Source: Candidatus Nanohaloarchaea archaeon (GTDB taxonomy: Archaea > Nanohalarchaeota > Nanosalinia > Nanosalinales > Nanosalinaceae). Taken from it: a stretch of DNA of 34,233 nucleotides. The stretch covers positions 1 through 34,233 of the forward strand of contig JAWOFP010000042.1 in NCBI GenBank assembly GCA_046497485.1. Direction: 5' to 3'. Shown here one piece after another: positions 24,939 to 33,997 of the stretch. A program made the translations under genes and the position numbers. The notes under the pieces are model-generated. The model was not told where the DNA came from. It was given only the letters and a program-made list of their open reading frames with translations, and ran no database searches. How positions within the stretch are numbered: the first letter of the stretch is position 1; each line of letters begins with the position of its first letter.

Positions 24939-25598
24939 ATGAAATACGACGCAGTTATTTTCGATATGGATGGAGTTATACTTGATTCGGGCCTAGATAA
25001 TTTCCAGTGGATGGATCAGATAAGACGAAAAAAGGCCTCGGAAATGGGTTATGAATATTCAAAAGACGATGCTGTCCAGATTGTTCAGTCGACGGATATG
25101 TCCCAGGTGAAGGAACTTATGGATAGAAAAGGGATGGCGCTTAAAGAGGTTGAGGAGATTGAGCACAGAGTTCAGAACGCGAAAATCAGTTTAATCGAGC
25201 ATGGAGCAATCAGGCTTTTCTCTGAGACAGAAAAGGTCTTACAGGAAATTGATAGGCCTGTAGGATTAGCTACTAACTCGCCTAAAAAGACTGCGCAGTT
25301 TACTTTGAGGTACTTTGGAATCAATGATTACTTCGATGCTTTTGAGGCTCTATCATTGACAGATCTTGAAAATTATATCCAAAATAAAAAACCTCATCCT
25401 TACATGCTTGAGAAAATTATAGAGGAACTAGATGCTGAGAATCCTGTAATGGTAGGAGATACAAGCGCAGATATTAAGGCCGCAGAGAATACAGAGATAG
25501 ATTCAGTACTAGTACAAAGCTATGCCGAGAGAAAGAATCTGAACCCGACTCATAGAATCAGAGATCTGAGCGAGTTAAGATCTATACTCAATATCTAA
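24939..25598 (+). CDS. HAD-superfamily hydrolase (subfamily IA)
   Basis: FDMDGV, ATNS, KPHP and MVGDT.AD motifs. Confidence 0.92.
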   Translation: MKYDAVIFDMDGVILDSGLDNFQWMDQIRRKKASEMGYEYSKDDAVQIVQSTDMSQVKELMDRKGMALKEVEEIEHRVQNAKISLIEHGAIRLFSETEKVLQEIDRPVGLATNSPKKTAQFTLRYFGINDYFDAFEALSLTDLENYIQNKKPHPYMLEKIIEELDAENPVMVGDTSADIKAAENTEIDSVLVQSYAERKNLNPTHRIRDLSELRSILNI

Positions 25599-25646
25599 GC
25601 CTGTTGTCACGGAAAAGTTAAAAGAATAATTCTTCTTATTTCAAGT

Positions 25647-26336
25647 ATGACTGCGGCTGCAGCCGAAGAAAATCATGGAGGACCTGACGGACCCGAAACT
25701 ACAGATTCTCCGGAAGAGCCAGAGATGCCTGAAGAAGATCATGGCGAGGAAGATAGCTCAGATGAATCAGAATTTGACATTGAGGGGTACTTAGAGTCAG
25801 AATCTTCTGAATACGAAAACTTTGGCACAGTAGATGATCTTTACAGAGAAGCAGAGAATCCATCCCAAGTGGATGAAAATGTTGAAATTGTCTACCAGTC
25901 TGAATCCGATATCTACATAACTGAAGAATCGCTTGAGGAAATAGAGACAACCTTCGAAGAGATTGATGAAGAGCTCGAAGAGGATTCAGACACAGGAATT
26001 CTAACTACTGTTAAGGAATACGGAAGTAAAGCAAAAGAATACATTTCTCAAATAACTCCTAACGATAAATGGGACTGGGCTGCTTATGGTTCAGGCCTTG
26101 CAATAGGAGGGATAGGATTCGCGACAGGATCAATCGGATTAGGAGCTGCAGGTTTCTTACTAGAAGGAGTTGGTCTCTATAGATCAAACAGCGGAAAAGA
26201 AGATGCAGAAGAACCAGAAGATGAAGAATCTGAAGAGTACGAACTTGGTGAACTAGAGCCTGTAAAAGACAAAGGAATCAGAGCCATTTCCAGAGATTCG
26301 GTTGAAGAGATCCAGGAAGAATACGATGAGGAATAA
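25647..26336 (+). CDS. Extremely acidic membrane protein
   Basis: D/E-rich flanks around a Gly-rich hydrophobic hairpin. Confidence 0.7.
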   Translation: MTAAAAEENHGGPDGPETTDSPEEPEMPEEDHGEEDSSDESEFDIEGYLESESSEYENFGTVDDLYREAENPSQVDENVEIVYQSESDIYITEESLEEIETTFEEIDEELEEDSDTGILTTVKEYGSKAKEYISQITPNDKWDWAAYGSGLAIGGIGFATGSIGLGAAGFLLEGVGLYRSNSGKEDAEEPEDEESEEYELGELEPVKDKGIRAISRDSVEEIQEEYDEE

Positions 26337-26372
26337 CATCTAACTAAAAAGATTCACAGTTATTTTCTAGAT

Positions 26373-27377
26373 ATGACTGAAGAAAACCAATGCGCCAAAT
26401 GCGACAGAGAAACAGTAATTTTCAGAGAGCACGAAGGAAGAGGCCTCTGTGAGAAACATTTCTCTATTGATATTAACAAGAAAGTGAAGCGCACAATCAG
26501 AGACGGAAACCTAGTTGAATCTGGCGACACGATAGCTGTAGGCCTTTCTGGCGGAAAAGACTCGGCAGTTATGCTTGAGCAGCTAATTGAGATTTTCGGC
26601 GACAGGCCTGACATTGAGATTGTAGCAGTTGCAGTTCATGAGGGAATCGATGAGTATCGTGATGAGTCTATTTCTGCTGCGGAAGAGATGTGCGATGAAC
26701 TTGATGTTAAATTAGAAGTTGGAAAGTATTCCGAGTACTATGATCTGAAGATGGATGATGTCGCGGATGCAGGAGCAAAAGGAAACTGCACCTACTGCGG
26801 AATCATGCGTCGAGATCTTTTGAATAAAATGTGTAGAAAAGTCGATGCAGATAAGATGGCGATCGGCCACAACTTAGATGATGAGGCCCAAGCCATTATG
26901 ATGAACCATATCAAAGGCGATACGAAAAGAATGGCGCGAATCGGGCCTAAAGACGATCCAGCAGACCACGAAATGTTCGTCCCAAGAATCAAGCCTCTGC
27001 GCGATGTGATGGAAAAAGAAATCGCACTCTACTCGAGAATCCATGAATTAGGAGTTATCGATCGATGCCCTCATGTACAGGAATCCTCTTTGAGGCCTAT
27101 GGTCAAAAGTTTTCTAAATAAGCTGGAGTCTCAGATGCCGGGCATCAAGTACTCAATCGTTTCACAAGGAAGAGAAATCTCAGACCTGGTAGAGAATAAC
27201 ATGGACTGGGACAGCGAAGAGAACCAAATCAAAGAATGTGAAAGATGTGGAGAGCCTTGTAGCGGAGGCCTATGCCGTAAATGCCAGTTACTTGATGAAA
27301 TCAAAGTCGCGGCCGACAGTTCAGAAGATCATAACTATGAAATAGATGATGACAAATTAGAGGCGCGTCTGGAATAG
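26373..27377 (+). CDS. ttuA: tRNA 2-thiolation protein TtuA/Ncs6 (ATP pyrophosphatase)
   Basis: N- and C-terminal Zn fingers, SGGKDS, CTYCG..RR, GHNLDD and CPH motifs. Confidence 0.92.
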   Translation: MTEENQCAKCDRETVIFREHEGRGLCEKHFSIDINKKVKRTIRDGNLVESGDTIAVGLSGGKDSAVMLEQLIEIFGDRPDIEIVAVAVHEGIDEYRDESISAAEEMCDELDVKLEVGKYSEYYDLKMDDVADAGAKGNCTYCGIMRRDLLNKMCRKVDADKMAIGHNLDDEAQAIMMNHIKGDTKRMARIGPKDDPADHEMFVPRIKPLRDVMEKEIALYSRIHELGVIDRCPHVQESSLRPMVKSFLNKLESQMPGIKYSIVSQGREISDLVENNMDWDSEENQIKECERCGEPCSGGLCRKCQLLDEIKVAADSSEDHNYEIDDDKLEARLE

Positions 27378-27408
27378 CAATAAAAATGAGAAAGTATTAC
27401 TTTGTAAT

Positions 27409-28374
27409 ATGAAAGCAGTGATTCTTGCAGGAGGCCATGCAACAAGGCTCTGGCCTGTTACTAAAGACCGTGCAAAACCTCTTCTACCTCTTGGAGAAAG
27501 GCCTATAATTGATTATATTGTAGATGAGATGGAGGACTTCGATGAAGTTATTATCTCGACTAATGAAAAATTTGCGGATGACTTCGAGGAATATATCGAG
27601 CTCTCAGACCACGAGAATGTCCGAGTCGTAGTAGAAGAACAGGACAGTGAGGAAGAAAAGCCAGGCACTATCGGCGCTATAATCAATATTTTAGATAAAG
27701 AAAAAATTGAAGACGACCTGCTGATTATTGGAGGAGACAATTATTACAGTTTCTCAATTCAGGACTTCGTGGACTTTTCACTGGAGAAAGATGCGCCTAC
27801 AAATGTAGTATTCGATGTAAACGATTTAGCTAAGGCCTCAAGCTTTGGAATAGTCGATACTGACGAGGATGAGATAGTAGGATTCGAGGAGAAGCCTGAA
27901 GAACCACCTTCTACACTTGCTTCAACTGCTTGCTACTTCTACCCCGAGGACAAACTGAACTTATTCCATGAGTATGAAGAACATTTTAGAGAAAATACAG
28001 ATATTCCAGCGGACCAGTTCTTAGATGAGCCAGGTAGACTGATTGAATGGGCTCACGAACAGACTGATATGTATGCCTACAGCTTTACAGGCGAATGGCA
28101 CGATGTTGGAACGCCTGAAGGATATCTGGATGCCCAGGCCTCCGTAATCGACGGAGAAATCGTGAAAGGAGATGTGGAAAATTCCGAGACAAATGACAAT
28201 GTTTTTCTAATGGAAGGCTCCACAGTCAAGAATTCAGACTTAGAGAATGTGATAATTTTCCACGATGTAGAGATAGAGAACTGCACCATCAAGAACAGTA
28301 TAATCGACAACAACTGTGAGTTAGGGGAAGCCGACTTGAACGACGCAGTTATAGGAGAGCACACATCAATGTAA
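27409..28374 (+). CDS. NDP-sugar synthase (sugar-phosphate nucleotidyltransferase)
   Basis: LAGG.ATRL.P, K.LLP, GGDN, EEKP and W.DVGT motifs; left-handed beta-helix tail. Confidence 0.92.
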   Translation: MKAVILAGGHATRLWPVTKDRAKPLLPLGERPIIDYIVDEMEDFDEVIISTNEKFADDFEEYIELSDHENVRVVVEEQDSEEEKPGTIGAIINILDKEKIEDDLLIIGGDNYYSFSIQDFVDFSLEKDAPTNVVFDVNDLAKASSFGIVDTDEDEIVGFEEKPEEPPSTLASTACYFYPEDKLNLFHEYEEHFRENTDIPADQFLDEPGRLIEWAHEQTDMYAYSFTGEWHDVGTPEGYLDAQASVIDGEIVKGDVENSETNDNVFLMEGSTVKNSDLENVIIFHDVEIENCTIKNSIIDNNCELGEADLNDAVIGEHTSM

Positions 28375-28400
28375 GAGATAAAAAATAAACTTAGAAGGCC

Positions 28401-29261
28401 TTAGATGTTCGAGGCCTCAATATTTTCTAATCTTTCTTCAAGCGGCGGATGAGTCGAGAAGAATTTTGTAATTTTATCGCTGGAAAATGGATTGTAAATG
28501 AATAAATTCGATCCAGCCTCCTGTACGCGAGAATTATGCTTAGTACTTTTTCTTTCATTAGCTGAGCTTATTTTTCTCAAAGCAGATGAAAGGCCTTCTC
28601 TTTTTCTATGAATTTTGACAGCATCCGAATCTGCACGGAACTCCATCTTTCTCGAAATTGATGTTCTGATCACAGTCGCTATTAGCGGGGTTAAAATCAT
28701 CATTGCCATCGCAGACATTAACTCTCCTTCCTGATCTCTTCCAGAAAACATTGCTCCCCAGAAAACCATTTCCGCCATAATCGCTAAAGCACCAGCTACA
28801 GTAGCCACAATAGCGTTAATCAATGTATCACGATTCTTGATATGAGCTAGTTCGTGAGCAATAACTGCCTCAACTTCTTCATGCTCTAAGTCTCTTAACA
28901 GGCCTTTGGTTACACAGACTACTCCTTTCTCAGGATTTCTTCCGGTCGCAAACGCGTTAGGCACTTTCATATCAGAGATGTATAGATCAGGGGTAGGAAT
29001 CTCAGCGTTATTCGCAAGCTTTTCTACCGCATCATATAGTTCAGGTCTGTCGCTTCTCTCAATTTTCTCGGCATTGTATATTTTTAGTACAATTTTGTGA
29101 GAATACCAGTAACTTCCGAAATTTATAACTCCGGCAAATACCAGGCCTAGAACCATTCCACCAGTTCCTCCAATTAGGTAACCGGCTCCTATGAATAGGC
29201 CTGTTAGAATTGATAGAAGGCCTAGGATCTTGGCATTATTTAGAATTCTGTGAGATTCCAT
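28401..29261 (-). CDS. htpX: Zinc metalloprotease HtpX (M48)
   Basis: PNAFATG, HELAH, SR..EF.AD and FSTHPP..ER motifs. Confidence 0.95.
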   Translation of the reverse strand: MESHRILNNAKILGLLSILTGLFIGAGYLIGGTGGMVLGLVFAGVINFGSYWYSHKIVLKIYNAEKIERSDRPELYDAVEKLANNAEIPTPDLYISDMKVPNAFATGRNPEKGVVCVTKGLLRDLEHEEVEAVIAHELAHIKNRDTLINAIVATVAGALAIMAEMVFWGAMFSGRDQEGELMSAMAMMILTPLIATVIRTSISRKMEFRADSDAVKIHRKREGLSSALRKISSANERKSTKHNSRVQEAGSNLFIYNPFSSDKITKFFSTHPPLEERLENIEASNI

Positions 29262-29319
29262 GTGTTATCTAAGTTGTAGAATACTTAAGTTATTTGATAA
29301 ATAAATTAAGGAAAAATAG

Positions 29320-29433
29320 TGTGGCAACGTCAGGAGCCTCCCGTCAAAGACAGTACTACTCAAATCGCTGAGAGACTTTACTTCCGTGTTCGGGATGGGT
29401 ACGGGTGTAACCCTCTCGCTATGGTCGCCAACA
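29320..29433 (-). rRNA. rrf: 5S rRNA, stand-alone
   Basis: UGGCGACCAUAGCG...CACCCGUACCCAUCCCGAACACGGAAGUAAAG...AGUAC...GUUGCCA; TTTATAA box upstream; ends approximate. Confidence 0.95.
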
Positions 29434-29518
29434 AGAACTAACTAGGCCTTAACTCTTATAAAGGAAAGGAAGGTCCCGATGTAAAGTTAAAAACAAGGAC
29501 ATACAATTAAACGATATA

Positions 29519-30031
29519 ATGAGCGGTAACGGGAAGAATATTATTCAGCATTTCAAGAAACTGAAAACATACGATGGATTAGCAATAGGCGCCCTAGCTC
29601 TCAACATTTTCGCGGTCTATACCACTTCTAACATCAGAGATTTCCAGGAGCTTCTGGAGCCGATGGCCAACCAGGAAATAATGGTGATCCAGGCCTCAGC
29701 AATTATGGCATGTCTCTACCTGATAGAGTACTTTGGTGACAGTGAAGGGTCATCAGATAATATGTATCCAACCTCAAGTAATGATGAAGGATTTGTCGCT
29801 ATGATCTCAGGGTTTATGGAGGCAGGTTTTGTAGGCGAAATAGTAGACGCTGCTTCAATCGGAGTAGTATTCTTAGGCTACAGCTACTTATCCGGAAATG
29901 CTTCATATGGAACCTCAATCACAGAAATATCAACTAACCCAGAAGTAATAGCAATGCAGGTAAGCGTAATAATGATGGTAAACTTTGGAATAGTTTTGGT
30001 CTCTGATCTACTTAGCAAATCAAACAATTAG
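29519..30031 (+). CDS. Membrane protein with internal two-TM duplication
   Basis: About four hydrophobic segments; repeated D...IG...N.E....Q.S.IM pattern. Confidence 0.7.
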   Translation: MSGNGKNIIQHFKKLKTYDGLAIGALALNIFAVYTTSNIRDFQELLEPMANQEIMVIQASAIMACLYLIEYFGDSEGSSDNMYPTSSNDEGFVAMISGFMEAGFVGEIVDAASIGVVFLGYSYLSGNASYGTSITEISTNPEVIAMQVSVIMMVNFGIVLVSDLLSKSNN

Positions 30032-30042
30032 AGAATAAAAAA

Positions 30043-30447
30043 TTATAGAGCATTGAGAAGCTCTTCACCACGGCCTTCAGGAACCCGACTGGAAATCAGC
30101 TCATCCATGTAAAAACCGCAGCCAATACATCGGCCTTCAAAGAAAAGCGCCACATATCCTTTTTCCAGGCCTGAATACTCTATCATATCGCCAGTAAGCA
30201 AGGCCTCTAACTCCTCTCTGGAAAAATCAACTCTATTTTCCTCTATTTTATCTTCGATTAACTGGAGGAAATAAGTGGTCGGCTTAAGGCCTATATCCAT
30301 ATCCCTAACTGCTCGAATACCGTTGGTCTCATATCTTTCCTCGGGTTCCTGACAATACCAGAAGTCTCCATTATAATGGAACTCTCCTTCCAGTTCGGCT
30401 CCGAATCTTTCTTTCACATACTCTCTAACATCTGAATTTGGCAACAT
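30043..30447 (-). CDS. NIP7/PUA-like partner of the RsmB/NOP2 methyltransferase
   Basis: ERFG...GIRA...LKPTT...GYVAL..EG..IG.G; overlaps the methyltransferase gene; start MLPNSD. Confidence 0.7.
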   Translation of the reverse strand: MLPNSDVREYVKERFGAELEGEFHYNGDFWYCQEPEERYETNGIRAVRDMDIGLKPTTYFLQLIEDKIEENRVDFSREELEALLTGDMIEYSGLEKGYVALFFEGRCIGCGFYMDELISSRVPEGRGEELLNAL

Positions 30448-31300
30448 ACATCCCTCCACTCTCTAAATGATGCGGATAAATCCTAATAGTTTTACTCAAT
30501 TCTTTTCCAAACTCTATTTCTTCGTAATTTTTCAGGCCCCTCTCATGTTTGAAATCTAGCTCAATTCTCTCAAGCTCTACATCATTATTTTCCAGAGCCT
30601 GACTCACCACATATTCGTTTTCATAAGGCGAGAACGTGCATGTAGAATAGACTACAGTTCCGCCTTCTTTTGTCAATGCAAAGGCCTTCTCCAATAAGTC
30701 AAGCTGGAGATTAGCCAAGTCTTTTGACTCCTGTTTAGACGCCATCTTCTCTTCTTCTCTACGACAGTTATTTCCCTCTCCGGAGCATGGAGCATCTACA
30801 AGCACTTGGTCAAACTCTATATCCTCAGGGATCATTCTTCCATCTTCATTCAATGCATTGACTGAGAAAGCTCCGGTCCTGTAAATGTTTGCGTGAAGGC
30901 TTTTCATCCTCTGATCGGAAACTTCATTCGCAACGACTACGCCGTCATTGTCTATTCTATCGGCGATTTGAGTGGTCTTCCCACCTGGTGCCGAACACAT
31001 ATCAAGTACTTTATCACCAGGCCTCGGATTAAGAAGTGTAACGGGGACAGAAGCTGACTCCTCCTGAACATAGTATTCTCCTCTCCAATGAAGCATCGAT
31101 TTACCAGGCTTTTTCTCATCCTTCAACCTGTAAACTTTGTCGTTCCAAGAGGCCTTTTCAAACTCAAAATCTTCAGCCAATCTTTCCTCAAAATCTTCTC
31201 TAGCTTTGATATCATTCCTTCTAACAGTCGAAACCGGCTCCTTCTGACATTCTTGTTGAAAGGCCTCAAAATCTGGGATTATCGAACTGTATTTTTCCAT
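30425..31300 (-). CDS. RsmB/NOL1/NOP2 RNA m5C methyltransferase
   Basis: YVQEESAS, VLDMCSAPGGKTT, DAPCSGEG and YSTCT..P.ENE motifs. Confidence 0.95.
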   Translation of the reverse strand: MEKYSSIIPDFEAFQQECQKEPVSTVRRNDIKAREDFEERLAEDFEFEKASWNDKVYRLKDEKKPGKSMLHWRGEYYVQEESASVPVTLLNPRPGDKVLDMCSAPGGKTTQIADRIDNDGVVVANEVSDQRMKSLHANIYRTGAFSVNALNEDGRMIPEDIEFDQVLVDAPCSGEGNNCRREEEKMASKQESKDLANLQLDLLEKAFALTKEGGTVVYSTCTFSPYENEYVVSQALENNDVELERIELDFKHERGLKNYEEIEFGKELSKTIRIYPHHLESGGMYVAKFRC

Positions 31301-31839
31301 TATTTAACCCTCTTTGAAACTTTCTGAGGTGTGCCTGATAGAAAGTCCCATCCGTCTTTAGTTCTTCCAATAATAAGTTGGGATACTTTGGTATCTTCTG
31401 TAAAACTGTTGAGCAACATTTTCTCCTTTTCCCTTTCGTCAGGCCTTATTTCTGCGACTACTTCATAACTCCAGTCATCCTTTATTGGTATCTTATAGCG
31501 CCGGAAACCATCTCCAAGATTATCATTTCTTCCAAGAAACGGATCTATTTCTTTAACAGGATAGTCGCCGGAATCTAATACATCTGCTTCTCCTGGACCT
31601 TCTAACCCAAATAAAGTATCTTGATGATCGCTTTCTCCATTGAAAAAATACCCAGATAAGTCTTCACTACCATAAATACAGAGTACAGGTCTAGAATCAA
31701 ATCCTGAAGACGAATACGGAAGGTTAAAGACCAATCCAGATAATCCTTCAATGGCTTCAAGTTCAGGAACTTCATAACTCTGCACATTATGCGAACTATA
31801 CTCTTCTACAGGTATCTGTTCAGCTACCCTCTGACTCAT
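31300..31839 (-). CDS. Hypothetical protein
   Basis: 179 aa ORF with TAATG coupling to the methyltransferase gene. Confidence 0.65.
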   Translation of the reverse strand: MSQRVAEQIPVEEYSSHNVQSYEVPELEAIEGLSGLVFNLPYSSSGFDSRPVLCIYGSEDLSGYFFNGESDHQDTLFGLEGPGEADVLDSGDYPVKEIDPFLGRNDNLGDGFRRYKIPIKDDWSYEVVAEIRPDEREKEKMLLNSFTEDTKVSQLIIGRTKDGWDFLSGTPQKVSKRVK

Positions 31840-32022
31840 ATTAAATCAAATTCAGTACAAGAATCTTATATCTCTAAAATCTCTGAAGGTATAAAATCCG
31901 GTTTTTGCTATTTAGAACTTTGATTTCCAAAGGTCTTAGAGTTTATAGAATAAAATGATTTTCTCTAACCTAAATTTTGTTCTATGAGTACTGTTTTAAG
32001 CGATTATTAATTGAATTCATTT

Positions 32023-32706
32023 ATGGATAGAAGATCTCTTGTTTTCGGGGCTTTTCTTGGTTTTCTTGTGGCTCAATCTCCTAGTTTTCTGAATCATTTG
32101 ACCTTTTTTCTCTCAGGCCAAGTCTCAGAGATGATGTTCCAAGGGAACTGGACTTTGGTCGCGCTCAACATTGGAGGATTTCTACTGTTTTTAATCCCTC
32201 TAGCTTACAGGAGAAAGGCCGACTGGAGATCATACGGAATCTATACAGCATTCATAGTCTCACTTTTCGTAGAAATGTATGGAATCCCACTAACAGTTTA
32301 TCTAGGATCAGGACTACTATCCTCAAGCATGACACCGCCAGATGTAGTATTGACCCTCAGCTTTTTCGGAACCAGTTTAGCCATGAACTACTGGATGATT
32401 ATCGGAGCCCTGATAACTTCTATAGGAATGCTTATCGTGACAGTTGGCTGGGCACAAATATATCGGGGAGAAGGCTTAGTAACGGACGGTATTTACAAGT
32501 ATTCTCGGCATCCTCAGTATCTTGGGATAATTCTTATCGCAGTCGGATGGTTTATCGGATGGCCAACATTACTGACAATGGCAATTCTTCCAATACTGAC
32601 TTATGAATACTACAGGCTCTCATTCAAAGAAGAGGAAGAAGTAATAGAAGAACTGGGCGAAGAAAAATACCAAGAATACAGAGAAAAAACACCTTTACTA
32701 ATCTAA
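32023..32706 (+). CDS. Isoprenylcysteine-carboxyl/phospholipid methyltransferase family membrane protein
   Basis: LF.EMYG.PLT.Y, LVTDGIY...RHPQYLG, EE...L...Y.EY...P motifs. Confidence 0.85.
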   Translation: MDRRSLVFGAFLGFLVAQSPSFLNHLTFFLSGQVSEMMFQGNWTLVALNIGGFLLFLIPLAYRRKADWRSYGIYTAFIVSLFVEMYGIPLTVYLGSGLLSSSMTPPDVVLTLSFFGTSLAMNYWMIIGALITSIGMLIVTVGWAQIYRGEGLVTDGIYKYSRHPQYLGIILIAVGWFIGWPTLLTMAILPILTYEYYRLSFKEEEEVIEELGEEKYQEYREKTPLLI

Positions 32707-32709
32707 ATT

Positions 32710-33273
32710 CTATAGATCGCTCAACTTTTGTTGGCCGGAATTCTCTTTCCCAAATGCCTTTCTGAAATCTTTTTCCAGTTCAGGGCCTTTGCTTCTATCA
32801 TAGAGCGTCGCTGCGGGATGGAATACCGGCATAATCTTCTGGCCTTCCCGAGTAAATATCCGTCCATGAATCTGACTGATTCCTTTACTGGTATCAAGCA
32901 TATACTTGGAAGGAAAGTTCCCTAGAGTAATTATTATTTCAGGATTTACATTTTCGATCTCTTCTTCAAGTAATGGCGCCCAGGCCTCAATCTCTTTCTT
33001 TTTTGGATCTCTATTGTCCGGAGGCCTGATTTTAACTAAATTGGTAATGTATAATTCACTTCGATCGACTATATCGGAGAGAATACCATCCATCCGTTTC
33101 CCTGCCCTGCCGACAAAAGGTTCGCCTTGCTCGACTTCATTCGCTCCTGGAGCCTCCCCTATCAGCATGTAGTCGCTGCTCTCAGACCCGGCCGCTGGAA
33201 CAAAGCGTTCCTCATCCATGTTACTAGGGTGAAGAGTCTCAAAGAAATCTTGATACTTCTTTTTGAATTCCAT
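32710..33273 (-). CDS. udg: Uracil-DNA glycosylase, family 4, cysteine-free
   Basis: IGEAPG..E...G.PFVG.AG, TN.VK.RPP.NR.P and HPAA motifs. Confidence 0.92.
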   Translation of the reverse strand: MEFKKKYQDFFETLHPSNMDEERFVPAAGSESSDYMLIGEAPGANEVEQGEPFVGRAGKRMDGILSDIVDRSELYITNLVKIRPPDNRDPKKKEIEAWAPLLEEEIENVNPEIIITLGNFPSKYMLDTSKGISQIHGRIFTREGQKIMPVFHPAATLYDRSKGPELEKDFRKAFGKENSGQQKLSDL

Positions 33274-33298
33274 AGATATATTACAGCTGCAAGCTATT

Positions 33299-33703
33299 TT
33301 ATTTCTGAGTTTCGTAGAAAATCAGAGACGCTGCAATCGCGACAAACATGTCAGGTACATAAGTAAACGGTCCTACACTTATAGTTTCAAAGCCTGAGAG
33401 AATATGAACTACAGGGCTCGAAGTCACTGCATAAAGCAGTAATGCGGCACTAAACATTGAGAAACCTCTAGACATAGAAGTAGGAACTTCTCTATAAATT
33501 GAAAGATAAGTGTATGTCAAGGTTCCTAGCATAACTATATTGAATGAAGTAAAAAATACTTTAGCTAATATTACGCTTTGGAAGAACTGATTTGGTGCAA
33601 AGAACAGTCTACTTGCGAAATGCGCTGAAATTACTCCGAAAACTGCTGCTGAACTAATTACTGCTGCAAAGGCCTGATTCTTGGTTAAATCTAAATCTTT
33701 CAC
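33299..33703 (-). CDS. Small membrane protein coupled to an HTH regulator
   Basis: About four TM segments; 4 nt overlap with the upstream HTH gene. Confidence 0.75.
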   Translation of the reverse strand: MKDLDLTKNQAFAAVISSAAVFGVISAHFASRLFFAPNQFFQSVILAKVFFTSFNIVMLGTLTYTYLSIYREVPTSMSRGFSMFSAALLLYAVTSSPVVHILSGFETISVGPFTYVPDMFVAIAASLIFYETQK

Positions 33704-33993
33704 TTTTTGACACCTGCTTTTTCAGCTATATTCTCCAGTTTTTCCATGTTTGCATCCATCTGATCAGTTAAAAAGTAGTTTTTACCGTATCCATCGCCCA
33801 TCTCTGTGACGACATTGTGCTCCTGCATCAAATCAATATGATGTTGTACCGTTTTGTAGTCCAAATCCAGTTCCTCTGATATCTGATTCATGTTTAACGG
33901 CTGCTTATCGAGTTTCATGATGATTCTCAACCTGTTCTTTCCTCCACGGGTTCCTCCGATAAGCCACCATAACACTTTCTCAAAGTTCTGCAT
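33700..33993 (-). CDS. ArsR-like winged HTH regulator
   Basis: LWWLIGGTRGG.NR.RI...P.N.NQISEEL.LDYKTVQHH..L...YG..YF; likely start MQNFEK at 33993. Confidence 0.85.
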   Translation of the reverse strand: MQNFEKVLWWLIGGTRGGKNRLRIIMKLDKQPLNMNQISEELDLDYKTVQHHIDLMQEHNVVTEMGDGYGKNYFLTDQMDANMEKLENIAEKAGVKK

Positions 33994-33997
33994 TCTC

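Noticed and set aside
4181..33366. Numerous antisense or alternate-frame ORFs of 60-125 aa (e.g. 4181, 5922, 13862, 15855, 20324, 24168, 28077, 32906)
   Set aside because: Shadows of well-supported genes; Ser/Phe-rich composition mirrors acidic codons.
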